Shown: one piece after another, positions 25,953-41,499 of the stretch
Numbering within the stretch: the first letter of the stretch is position 1
Layout: the number at the start of each line of letters is the position of its first letter
NCBI GenBank assembly: GCA_964276515.1
Contig: OZ193910.1
Span: 2,728,001 to 2,792,000, forward strand
DNA length: 64,000 bases
Source of the DNA: Gordius albopunctatus
Lineage: Eukaryota
Direction: 5' to 3'
Program-made: the position numbers and the translations under genes
Notes under the pieces: generated by a model
Told to the model about the DNA's origin: nothing
What the model saw: only the letters and a program-made list of their open reading frames with translations
The model's database searches: none

Positions 25953-27693
25953 ACCAATATCTTGTTAAGGAGGTTCGTCATGGTGGTGACTCCTTCTTCA
26001 CGACATCCGAGCAATGCTTCCATAGGTATTCCATCTGGGCCATTTGCTTTTCCTTTTTGCATCTTGTTCATTTGTGTCCTAACTTCATCCTTCTGAAAGA
26101 GTTCGACCATACTTATATTTGGCTCAATTTCGGGAAGGGAATCCTTGTCATTTGCAATATTCATAAGTTTCTTAAAATATCCTTTCCACCTTTCCATCAC
26201 TTCCTTCGGCTTGAATAAGGTTTGACCCTTCTCGCTTTTGACTATTTTAAGAACTCCGACATCTCGACTTTTCTTCTCCCTTATCTTGGCCAATTTGTAC
26301 ATAAGCCTATCGCCCCCTTTATGATCCAGTTTGTTTGCCATCTCGGTGTACGCAGCATTCTTCGCTTTTGCAACGGCCTTTTTTGCGGCCCTCTTTGCGT
26401 CCCTGTACTCTTGATAATCCTCCGACTTTTTTGATTTATGCCACCGTCTATATAGATTTTTCTTTATTTCGATGCAATCTTTAACCGATTGATCCCACCA
26501 CCATAGTTCCCTATTCATAGCTTTGCCTCCTTTGGTCTGTCCTAGAACACGAATCGCTGTTTCCTTAATGTCCTTAGATAGCGTTTCCCAATCTTCGTCT
26601 ACGTCCCTTTGCAACTTCCTTGCACCCAAGAGTGAGGAGGCTTTTTGATGGTATTCTTCGTTCGTCGACGTATTCTTTAGCCTTTCGTATCGAATTCGAG
26701 GTTCATATACCTTTCTTCTTTCGGGAAATACTCTTCTGTCAAGATCCATAACAAGGGGACGATGTTGCCTGGCGATTTCTTCTCCCGGTATTACTTTGCA
26801 ATCTTTGATACTCCATAAGTCCTTTCGCCGTATAAGCAAATAGTCGATTTGACTAAAATGCTTCCCACTTCTATAGGTCACAATATGATCTTCGCGCTTT
26901 TGAAAATAGGTGTTAACGATCGCCATGTCATATGCTTGGGATACTTGGAGAAGTTTTTCCCCTTCTTTGTTCTTCAGACCATGCCCATAGCCTCCATGAT
27001 TGCGTTCATACCCGAGGCGATCTTTCCCTACGTGAGCGTTGAAATCGGCCCCAATAATTAGCCTTTCTTCCTGTCGGATTCCTTGTATTTCCTTTTCCAA
27101 TGATTCGAAGAATATGTCTTTCTCTGATTCCGAACACCCAATTTGGGGAGCATACGCGCACATAACGGTTAGGAGGCCCCCTTGATCTGCAATCTTCACC
27201 CACATTAGCCTGTCGGAACAACGTTTGACTTCCACCACCTTGTCCTTGAACGATTCACTTAGAACGATACCGACCCCGTTTCTACGATTTGGTGACCCAC
27301 TGTAGAAAAGCTTGTATCCTTCTCCTAATTCCCGAGCTTTCGTTCCGTTCCACCTCGTCTCTTGTAGGCAGGCGATGTGTACCTTTCTTCTTTTTAACAT
27401 CTGTGCGACCTCGATGCTCTTCCCCGTCAACGTTCCCACATTCCAGCACGTAATTCGCATTCTTTCCACAACTAGTTTCCTTAACCGCCTTCGTTGTGAG
27501 TTGGGCAGTAACCCTAGTGTATTTTTCACATTGCACGGGCGGGGTATGCAGTGCGCGTCGTTTGTGGAGGACGCCCTAGCCTTTTCTTGTAAAGTCTCGT
27601 TTGAAACTATCATAAATTTTGGAGTTGATTTTTATAGCCGGTTTCCGACCTGACGCCAACCCTCCACTTTTTGCACACGGACTTGGGACCGTC
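25953..27693 (-). mobile_element. RTE LINE, young copy with 5' UTR and ORF open up to the gap
   Basis: ORF runs from 27613 with no stops (WNVGTL, LQETRW, YAPQ, GADFNAH, SQIDY). Highly similar to the 19193-22093 copy. Confidence 0.95.
27654..27693 (-). ncRNA. Twister ribozyme 3' portion at the RTE 5' end
   Basis: The RNA GACGG-UCCCAAGU-CCGU-GUGCAAAA-AGUG-GAGGG-UUGGC matches the P4/L4/P2'/L1' part of the recalled O. sativa twister (GCCGG-UCCCAAGC-CCGG-AUAAA-AGUG-GAGGG). Confidence 0.75.
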
Positions 27694-28018
27694 GTTCATA
27701 TATTAATTTAATTACCAATATGTACTATATATACAATAACACTGCAAATGTCAATATTCAACTAACCAACTTATGTTTTTTGCATCAATATGATATCTAC
27801 AATATTCATTGTTCTTGATATTAGTAACGAAATAAAGTACACATGTATATATAATTATGAGACATAGTTAATTCTAATATAATTTTTAATATGCTGCTAT
27901 ATATAAATAGAAACTGCTAATACATTTACTATAAGTTTGTATTAATCTTCTTTATGTGATTCTGTAAAAAGGTGCACTTGCTTATATATTTGACAACAAC
28001 CATTTTTATATTAACTAA

Positions 28019-28214
28019 TTGCTAATATGCAACTGTATAAAATAATAGCTCATTTTGCTAAATGTTTGACTTAATTAAATATCTTTGGCAGCAATCTTAA
28101 TAATATCACTTACATATTGCTAATATGCAACTGTATAAAATAATAGCTCATTTTGCTAAATGTTTGACTTAATTAAATATCTTTGGCAGCAATCTTAATA
28201 ATATCACTTACATA
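28019..28214. repeat. Perfect 98-bp tandem duplication
   Basis: TTGCTAATATGCAACTG...CACTTACATA starts at both 28019 and 28117. Confidence 0.9.
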
Positions 28215-29470
28215 TGTTACTGATTTACTATGGTAACCAATTTAAACACCAATGCTCAAATGAATTCTCAGGCCCTGAATGTTAGGGCAGAAAGTAATAT
28301 CTAACATTAGTTTTAAATTTTTGGAAATTTGTTGTTAATTTTTAGCTCCATAAGCCATTGAGGTTTTAATGATTCAATTCATACAATTAAAAAATCAATT
28401 ACAGGGTCTAAATTTATTTTACATATCTAACTAATACAATATGCCTATTTGATTTGAATTATTGAAGAGTAATTTTATCGTGTTCTTTGATTGCTAAATT
28501 TCACTATAATCTTAACTCTTTGATCTGTAATAAGTACTCATCTTCATCTCCTGTTAACTCACTTTCCGAGGAAAAACTAACATTTTAAAATCAGAAATTC
28601 TAGCCAAATTTTGCAGAGATATTCTAGGGTAAATTTTGTTAAGCTAGAGAAAAAAGTAAATTGTAATATTCACCAATTTATTTTGTACAGCACTTTTAAA
28701 CGGCTTGGGGTCATTATGACCCTACCTGACCTACAAAGTATTAAATTTTTCAGATTTTTTTGTTATAAATTTTTAAAATCTTTATTTTAAAATTTTTCAG
28801 GCCAACTGGACTCTTCTTTACAGGATGCCTTGCTCCTGGTCGATGCCACGAACCAAATGCATGATATAATATTTCATAGTGGCATCGCCAGAGTATATCC
28901 GCTCTCAAAAGGGAGTCCTTATCATGTATTATTCTTCATACCTATATACGAAGAGGAGTACAACTAAAGGCAAGACCTATTACTAATGCCGCAGCTCCAC
29001 CTGTCCTGCTATCGCCACTGAATTTAACACCTTACGACGTCACATGCTACGCCATTACGCTACGCGATTACTGTACCATACTTACTTTACTAAATACGCC
29101 TTTGTTTATTCAAAATATTCTCTTGTTTATTTGGAAAAATCAATAAACGCTGTGGGGGATAGTAGGGTTTACCCTGCCGGAACCCACAGGTCCAATCATG
29201 GACACCATCAAATCAGACCGATAGCTGGCCTTCGATCTGTTTTTATAATGGTTAAACTTCTAATAAATAAATTAAAAAGAGGGCGGCCGCCCCCCCCTAC
29301 CCCCCTGGATACGCCCATATTATATGGGATATAATTATAATAAAAATTTTGTTAATCATCACTCAAGGTATGCAAATATAATAAATAGTTTGTCTTTGAC
29401 ATATAATTATATAGGTCAACCATTAAGCAAAATTCGCGCTATAATTAAAATACTTAATTGAATACATCAT

Positions 29471-29542
29471 GGCTCGTTGGTCTAGCGGTATGATTCTCGC
29501 TTTGGGTGCGAGAGGTCCCGGGTTCAATCCCCGGACGGGCCC
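29471..29542 (+). tRNA. tRNA-Pro(TGG)
   Basis: GGCTCGT/ACGGGCC acceptor stem, A box TGGTCTAGCGG, anticodon arm CTCGC-TTTGGGT-GCGAG, B box GGTTCAATCC, T6 terminator. Confidence 0.97.
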
Positions 29543-30562
29543 ATTTTTTAAATATTTTATGGAATCTTTTTAATCAATGAAAACCTAAACAATTTTAATG
29601 TCATTTGTGACGTCAAATTTATTCACAAGTTTAAAAAGTAGACTACGAGTGAATACATATAAATAGGCTTTTAACAAATGTATGTTAAAACAAACATTTT
29701 TGTTAAAAATCATATTAAGCATAAGCGGTAGCTAGCAATAATTAAACTTTATTTAGATTGCAGTATAATATTCTTTCACAATAATAATAATCAAACTTTG
29801 GCGTGGGTAAATAAAGGGGATTTCTCAGCTTTAAAATTTAGAGAAAAAGTAGATTTTCATAGAATTTCCTTTGGAATTAAAGAAACCACTGCCCCCCCCC
29901 CTGCGTACGCCCATGTAGAAAGCTTATAATAGTGTATGGGTAATAAGAGCTGTATGAAGATTTTGGCTGAAAGTATAATGTAAAAAATGATGTAAATAGT
30001 AAAATAAAACCTGCAAGGGAAAGTTGATGGATAAAGGGTAAATCAATGATAGGTCTGTCTTATAAAGAATAAGGTAATACGCGTACAGTATTATAGCTTC
30101 TTGTCAATGTCTCGTCAAATTTGGTTATATTACCCTGGCAAGGGCGTACCCAGGGCGCCCCCCCCCCCTAATTTAAAAAAGAAGATCAAATTTTAATACA
30201 AAAAACCTTAAAAATTAATTATGTTTTGCCCCCCCCCCCTAATTAATTCGTCGAAACCTTTTTTGATCTCAGGAAAATTTTTGGATAGTCAAGAAAAATT
30301 TTTTTTAATCTGGCTCCCCCCCCCCCTAATTTAAAGCCTGCGTACGCCCATGTACTCTAGCGTAATAAAAAGGGGAGAAATGCTAAAAGAAATATAAAAT
30401 TATATAATGGTAATTGCTAAAAGTTATGAGTGGATAAATAGAATTAATACTAACTTTAATTATTCACGCAGAAAAGTGGTGAGGCGTTATAAAGAGGGTT
30501 GTATTAGATTCGGGTAAGAGATGCTTCGCAGCTTAACTTCTGCCTTAAAAAGGAGCAAATCG

Positions 30563-31049
30563 CTATAATGCTTGGGGATAGACAATATTTTTGGTCATGT
30601 CATTTTCTGTGTAGATATAGAGATTTAGTGGATTGACGACGCGCGAACGTGCAACATATAATTGTCCACGTGAGAAACAATCTGTTTCTAATACGATTCC
30701 ACAAATTGCAAGGGACTGGCCTTGAGCTTTGTTAATGGTTATAGCAAATGCGAGTTTGAAAGGAAATTGCAATCTTTTAAATTCGAAGGGCATATCTGTT
30801 GGAGTTAAAGGGATCCGTGTTATGAAGACAACTTCTCCCGTGAAAGGTCCAGTCAAGTATAAATAATCCGCTAGATGGCGGTAGAGACTACCAAAAAACA
30901 GGGTTCCCGCTGTCGCAGGTCGATAAAAAGTATCTATAAACAATCTACGATGCTAAGGCAATAACCTGGCCAAATTTGGTGGCAATCGGTTGAGAACTCT
31001 AAAAGTTATTAGCGTTCAAAAAAGGGACTTAGATTTTTATATATATAGA
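30563..31049 (-). mobile_element. Non-autonomous Helitron with Pif1-like helicase C-terminal fragment
   Basis: LTGPFTGEVVFITRIPL..FKRLQFPFKLAFAITINKAQGQSL..FSRGQLYVARSRV..TKNIVY (30856-30563), with a 5' TCTATATATATAAA start at ~31049. Confidence 0.85.
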
Positions 31050-31939
31050 AGATAATAGAATGACTGAAGTAGTAGAATTGTATTAACATATATTTTTTTA
31101 AATAATTATAAAAAGGATTAATAAATATATTTTTATGAAAGATCCAATCCTTGTATTTATATAAAAAATATATTATATTATATTGAATTTTTAAAGTTAT
31201 TAGCATTTAATGATTACCTGCCAGATTTTCTTGAATTTTTTCGATTTAGGTTTTTTGATGCTGTTTTTGAAGGCATAATATTAACGCGCAAAATAAAAAT
31301 AACCCACAAGGAATGTAAAGTAAATCTTTAGCTTTCAAATAAGGTATATTTTGTTAAAAATAGATAAGGTTAAGTGTGCTAATTTATTAATTGAAAAAGG
31401 TATACTTTGCGTATGATATATACGACGGTAGGCTTTAATGGGTTGGTAGTTGTTTCCTTTTTTGTAATAACAGTTATAGATAAATATCTACTAACTTAAA
31501 ATTATGTTATTTCGTATAATACTTTTACATCCGAGTTGAGGTATGGTTGTTCTTTGGCAGACGATTTTAATGAACAGCATTTGAAGCATTGAATTTATTT
31601 CTTCATTAAAAATGTTTCATATAACAATCACAATTTATTCGAAGAAACACAACTTTTCTAGCAAATTTACAATTTTACTGGGAAAATGATTATTTTTGAA
31701 AATCCCAAAACTCAAAAATCGTTCCAATAAAATAACATAATTTCGCGCCCAATACAACCTCATGACAAAGCGGATTTATTAATATTTTAGTAAGGTCTAG
31801 ATAGTATTGCGGAATTTATATAAATAAATCGGTGATTATTTGCATAAAAACGCATAAATATTTCGTAATTTCTTTTCCGTTTTGGTAAACGATAATAAAA
31901 TACAGCATATAAATAAAACAATTTCTTCTTGATTTATCA

Positions 31940-35241
<3,302 letters not shown>

Positions 35242-36364
35242 AATAAAATTTTATAAAATATTCACAAAATTTTACATCAAATCTGTTCATAGATGCCAAC
35301 AATTAGTGCTAATTTCGAATTTCAACTCGTCTTAGAAACGGTTCATTTGAGACTCGTCTTGCCATACCATCATTTATCAGTTAACCTGAGCCCGACGCCC
35401 AAACTAGTAATCCATGGAGATCCTTTTAGTCCTGCAGTCTCAAGTAAGAATCTTAACCTTATTATTTTTATGCTTTTAGTAGTCGCATGCATATAAATAA
35501 TTTATTTTTCCCCTACTGCTTCCTACTATTAACACAATAATGAATACACTTTTACTAACAAACTAACCACTAACATTTACGTAACTTCTGGTTAACATGG
35601 CCCCAGATGCACCAATTAGCTTGACGATTTAGCTAAGCTTTTGTTTGTCATCGGAGTAATCACATACATATATACGGTTCAGGCAGTCCGTTGCAAAAAT
35701 ATCATTGAGATTTATAAGATTATAGGCAAAAACTTAAATCTGGACAATTTCTGCCTCACTCTTCTCCTCACACACGGCCTCCTTCTCTGGGCTCCATCGG
35801 GTCATATTGTAGCTAAACAACAATTATAAGCATAGGATGAATCAGTGTGTTATCCCTGTTTACCCTTAGCCCTTGTGATATCCATGCTTACCTCCATCTC
35901 TTTTGGTATCCCTGCTTATTTTTATCCCTCTTAGGGTAATGAATGAGGGCTTTCCGATATGACAATTTATCTGTCCTAAATAAAGAAGTCAGTAATCCTC
36001 CAGATGAAAATTTATTATCTCTGTCAATTTACACTAACAATTCGTTTTATAGTAGTAACAATAATGATAAATACACAGTTATGGAGATCATGGGTGAGGT
36101 AATCATATTAGGCGTAAACAAAGATGACGCATCAATAATAATAAACAGCGAAGATAACCATAAACTAACAAATAACGAAATTAACAATAAAATTAACAAT
36201 CATCGTGATTCTATAATTTATTAATAAACGCGTGGCCTTGAACAACCAAACGAGATCATAAAATCCAAATAATTAATCCAATGGTAATTTTAATTTTACA
36301 AATCAAAAAGGGCAAATCATTGCCATGGTAATAAAAATTACTAAACATTGGCCTAATGCCACAT

Positions 36365-36634
36365 AGGGTGCGTCTTAAAATGCGATTTTTCATAGATGCA
36401 AAAAAAACGAATGCATGTTAGAACATAGCCGCGTCTTAATACGAGCGTCACCTCATTTTTTTCTATTTTTATTTTTTTGCTCATAAAACAAATATTTATC
36501 CTTTAATTAGCCTTATCAATGCATATTCATATGGTAACCAAACTGAAATTGTTGATTCCACGACATGTATATCGCATATTTAGACAAACAAAAATATGAC
36601 GCTTGAAGTTGAATCGTATATTAAGACGCGCCCT
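36365..36634. mobile_element. MITE with AGGGTGCGTCTTAA TIRs
   Basis: AGGGTGCGTCTTAAAATGCGATT versus AATCGTATATTAAGACGCGCCCT. Confidence 0.65.
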
Positions 36635-36846
36635 TAACTAGGGTTTCGATCTTGTCTCGTCTCAAAAGAAAAATCTAGTCTCGTATTGACTACGATTATG
36701 AAAATCTTGTCTCCTCTCGGCCAGAAAATTCTTGGTCTCGTCTCGACTAGAACTTTCGACATATCTCAAAAAAATATTTTCATAATTATTTTTTAAAATA
36801 TAAATAAAGAAAATTTAAAACTTTCTTTCTATATAATCTATAGTCC

Positions 36847-37555
36847 GTGATTCCACCCTAGAACTCGAAGCCCTGTTTCCTTCATGTTGTTTGCTAGCGT
36901 TTCCCAATCATCGTTTACCTCTCTTTGCAACTTCCAGGCATCCAAGAGTGAGGAGGCTTTTAGATGATATTTAGCGTTCGTCGACGTATCCTTTCGCCTT
37001 TCGTATCGAATTCGAGGCCCATAAATCGTTCCTTTATGTAAAATATTATTCAAGATACATTACAGAAGATGTTGCCTGCAAATCGCTTCTCCCGTTATTA
37101 TTTTGCAATTCTTGATACACCATAAGATCTTTCGCCGTATGAGCAGATAGTTAATTTGACTAAAATGCTTCCCACTTATTTAATCACAAATGAAATGATC
37201 TTCGCATTTTTGAAAATAGGTGTTAACAATCGCCATGTCGTATGCTTGGGATACTTAGAGAATTTTTCCCTTCTTTGTTCTTCAGACACAACCCACAACC
37301 TACATTATTTCGTTGACACCAGAGGCGATCTTTTCCTAAGTTAGCGTTGAAATCCGCCTCAATAATTGGCCTTTCTTCCTATATTTCTTGTATTTACTTT
37401 TCCAATGAATCGAACAATATGTCTTTCCCTGGTTCTATACACCCAATACGCTAAGCATACGCGCACATAACGATCTAAAACTTCATCCACGTTAACATGT
37501 CTGAACAACGCTTGACTTCCACCACCTTGTTTTTGAAGGATTGGCTTTTGGTGAC
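36847..37555 (-). mobile_element. Degenerate RTE fragment (endonuclease/linker)
   Basis: Colinear with ~26535-27296 of the young copy, with indels and stops. Confidence 0.9.
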
Positions 37556-37802
37556 TGTTGTAGTTGCATAACGTCTTTCCCAACGCACACATACCCCCCT
37601 CCCCCTCATCTCTATCTCCTCGCTTTGTGATAAGCGCAGTAATACCAATACGCCTACCCCCCCCCCTCACCCCTTTTACGACGCTTTATGATATCTATAC
37701 GCGTAGTAGGAGCTCCAGCTGTGCTGGCAAGGCAGTCACGCTCGAAGGAGCGTACTGAAAATTTATTTCTCTTTGTTCTGAGTAGAATCAGATATTATAA
37801 CA
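37556..37802. mobile_element. Possible solo LTR abutting the RTE fragment
   Basis: Termini TGTTGTA...TATAACA and a minus-strand AATAAA near 37765. No clear TSD. Confidence 0.3.
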
Positions 37803-38247
37803 CATAGAATTCTCTTTGTTTAAAAAAATATTATTTTTCTTCTTTCGCTTACCATATCGTTCCCTTTCGCGCTGAGATATACATTTTCTACGGGACTTAT
37901 GAAATAAATTGTATAGTTCTAATGAAATATCATTAATAGAATTTAAGGTAAGATCAAATGAATATTCTTAAATAAATGATAGAAATAGTAACTGTTGTAG
38001 TAAATAAATAAATAAATAAACTCGGGCCTTCGGCCCTCGTGGGAAGGGGGAAGGGGAGGGAAGGGGGAGCTCATCTACACTCCGTATAAATGTATCATAT
38101 TTGCTATGCAATTTATGGAAATACTTACGTGAATATTGCAAAACGAAGGTTGGAAGCACTAAATAAGTGTATATGCCATATATCATAAAGGGGGAGAGAG
38201 GGAGCGAAGGGGAAGCTTTATGGTTAGTTAAATTCTACGGGAGTTGT

Positions 38248-39141
38248 ATTACCAAAAGGTCATAATAGCAATGGTAGGAACAGGAACAATCATAATAGTC
38301 AAAAAAAACGAAAAAAAAATTTTCGAATCACATTTTGGCCAAAGGTCATTTTTTTCCATTGGTCAGCAGCCAGGACACGGTAAAAGTGGATATAAATTCA
38401 TAATAGTCAAAAAAAACGAAAAAAAAGTTTTCGAATCACATTTTGGCCAATGGTTATTTTATTCCATTGGTCAGCAGCCAGCGGACGGCCAAAAAGTCAT
38501 AATAGCAATGGTAGGAACAGGAACAATCATAATAATCAAAAAAAACGGAAAAAATAATTTCGATTCACATTTTGGCCAATGGTCATTTTTTTCCATTGGT
38601 CAGCAGCCAGGACACGGTAAAAGTGGATATAAATTCATAATAGTCAAAAAAAAACGAAAAAAAAGTTTTCGAATCACATTTTGGCCAATGGTTATTTTAT
38701 TCCATTGGTCAGCAACCAGCGGACGGCCAAAAAGTCATAATAGCAATGGTAGGAACAGGAACAATCATAATAGTCAAAAAAAAACGGAAAAAATAATTTC
38801 GATTCACATTTTGGCCAATGGTCATTTTTTCCATTGGTCAGCAGCCAGGACACGGTAAAAGTGGATATAAATTCATAACAGTCAAAAAAAAACGAAAAAA
38901 AATTTTCGAATCACATTTTGGCCAATGGTCATTTTATTCCATTGGTCAGCAGCCAGCGGACGGCCAAAACGTCATAATAGCAATGGTAGGAACAGGAACA
39001 ATCATAATATTCAAAAAAAACGAAAAAATAAACTCGGATACACATTTTGGCCAATGGTCATTTTTTTCATTGGTCAGCAGCCAGCGGACGGCCAAAAAGT
39101 CTTATTATCATTGATAGTAACAAGAACAATCATAAGAGTCA
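38248..39141. repeat. Tandem array, ~240-bp dimer of two related ~120-bp subunits
   Basis: Repeated CACATTTTGGCCAATGGTCATTTTTTCCATTGGTCAGCAGCCAG, alternating with GTCATAATAGCAATGGTAGGAACAGGAAC and GGTAAAAGTGGATATAAATTC. Confidence 0.95.
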
Positions 39142-39424
39142 AAAAAAACTCCGGGATTCTAACCCAAAAACTAGATAAATTGCATAGCAATTATTAAAAA
39201 GTATAGGGTAATTATCAATGTTAACCTATTCAAAAACGAACAAAAAATTTTGATTTATTTGGCCAATGGTAATTTTTTTCAATTATCAATGTTAACTTAT
39301 TCAAAAAGGAAAAACGAAAAATTAGGATTTATTTGGCCAATGTTCATTTTTTCATTGGTCAGTAGCCAGCGGACGGTCAAAAAGTCATATTATCAAAGGT
39401 ATTAACAAGAACAAAATATTAAAT

Positions 39425-40150
39425 TAATTAAAAAAATAAAAATGTTGCCCTCTCCGGGATTCGAACCCACATTAAATAGAGGCATAAGCCTTTGGAGGGG
39501 AACAGGGAACCATATAAATAGAGCCATAGGCCCTTGTAGGGGAGGGCATAGGGTAATTATCAATGTTAAACTATTCAAAAACGAAAAATTAAAAATTTCG
39601 ATTTATCTGGCCAGTGGTCATTTTTTCATTGGTCAGTAGCCTGCGGACGGTCAAAAATTCATATTATCAATGGTATTAACAAGAACAATATATTAATTTA
39701 ATTTTAAAAAAAATAAAAATTTTTGTCCTCTCCGGGTCTCGAACCATCAATTTAGAACGTTCGCCGGGATTCAAACCCACATTAAATAGAGGCATAAGCC
39801 TTTGGAGGGGAACAGGGAACCATATAAATAGAGCCATAGGCCCTTGTAGGGGAGGGCATAGGGTAATTATCAATGTTAAACTATTCAAAAACGAAAAATT
39901 AAAAATTTCGATTTATCTGGCCAGTGGTCATTTTTTCATTGGTCAGTAGCCTGCGGACGGTCAAAAAGTCATATTATCAATGGTATTAACAAGAAAAAAA
40001 TATTAATTTAATTTAAAAAAAAAAAAAAAAATTTTGTCCTCTCCGGGTCTCGAACCCGCAACCTCCAGGTCGGGAAGCTGGTGTAAATAACTTGGTGGAC
40101 GGACGGACGGACGGACAACCAAAAACGAGCCCATAAATTGCATAGCAATT
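39425..40150 (-). mobile_element. Helentron/DINE-like non-autonomous element end with ~298-bp duplication
   Basis: 39467-39742 is duplicated at 39765-40054. The minus terminus TTGCTATGCAATTTATGGGCTC is followed by (CCGT)n. The same terminus occurs at ~4899, 7847, 22217, 38101 and 39176. Confidence 0.55.
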
Positions 40151-40705
40151 AATAAATATAATATATCGACCGGATAAGGTAAATGTTGAACGATGGCCGG
40201 AGAGATTCATTCTTACATCACATAGTCTGGAATGAGTAAATCGGATTAAGCAACGTCTGGCTCTTGTTAGATAATTGCCGCTGGACCAAGTGTCTATTAT
40301 GAGAAATAAACATATCCCCCCGCAGGACTACCTTCCCGATTAGAATACTAAATATCTACTCTCGCAGGACTATAAAACAAATTAAATAACTGACTCTATC
40401 ATGGTCGAATTCTCGCTATTTAAACCCTGTCGATGCACTTCTCCCTCAGTATGAGGGATGCCGACAGTTCGATGTACTACACATCTCCACTAATATGAGG
40501 CACGCCTTTTAAATATTCGTCTGCTTCTAATTAGTGCCTTAAACAAACCATTAATTAGGAATCTCTGCAGACGATCACTAGTTTCTCACGCTTAATTATG
40601 AATCTCGCGCAGACGATAACTAGTCTATCACGCTTAATTAGATTGGCCAACTACAACAGTAACGTAACCTAACATTAATTCTTTATTTTATTTTAACTTT
40701 TTTAC

Positions 40706-41118
40706 AGTGACCCACTGTAGAATAGTTTGTATTCTTCTTCTAACTTCAGATTTTTTCGTTCCACCTCGTCTCTTGTTGTCATGCGATTTTTACCATTCTT
40801 TTATTTCGCATTTGTGCGACCTCGATGTTCTTTCCCTTCAACGCACCCACATTCCAGTACGTTATTTCCATCCTTTCCTCAACTAATTTCCTTATCAGCC
40901 TTCGTTGTGAGTCAGGAAGTAGTAACCCTAGTGTATTTTTCACATTGCACGGTTGGGGTATGCAGTGCGCGTGGTTTGTGAGAGACGCCCTAGCTTTCTG
41001 TTGTAGAGTTTTGTTTGAAACTATAATCATTTTGGAGTTGGTTTTCACAGCCGGTGCCCGACCTAATGCCAACCCTCCACTCTTTTCACACGGACTTAGG
41101 ACCGTTGAAGGTAATGTT
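40706..41118 (-). mobile_element. Older RTE 5' fragment including UTR
   Basis: Colinear with ~27291-27693 (MIIVSNKTLQQKARAS..YWNVGAL). Confidence 0.9.
41068..41118 (-). ncRNA. Twister ribozyme 3' cleavage product at the RTE 5' end
   Basis: AA-CAUU-AC-CUUCA-ACGG-UCCUAAGU-CCGU-GUGAAAAG-AGUG-GAGGG-UUGGC. P2 is CAUU/AGUG and P4 is ACGG/CCGU, with the same spacing as the recalled O. sativa twister. Confidence 0.7.
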
Positions 41119-41499
41119 TATCATACACAAAGTGTACTATGTTTAATTAGTAAATTTGCATACTAAGAGACCTTATGATATTACCAAATATAGTTTATAT
41201 TAAAGTTTGGGTGTAAATTATTTTAATATATTTGGTTAAATGACTTTAATTACTCGTTAAAGAATTAATATTATTGAAAATCGTGAAAAGCAGGATCCTC
41301 TGTATTTATTTGTTAAAAATTTCTATATAATTAGCAATTAACAATTATATTTGCTGTATACATCTCTAAGAGTTTATCTATGAGATAATATAGAATTTAT
41401 ATAACATTAGTGTGGTACTCTCACTTTTATATCCTATCCTATTTTACCCTATTCTATTTAATTTTATGTCTATTTTTAATGCCCATTATATTTTAATAT

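Noticed and set aside
25613..25968. ORFs crossing the N run
   Set aside because: Artefacts of the assembly gap.
38244..39197. Repetitive ORFs of 90-204 aa, and a CRISPR-like appearance
   Set aside because: These are translations of a tandem repeat whose frames shift with A-tract length. There are no unique spacers or cas genes, and the context is eukaryotic.
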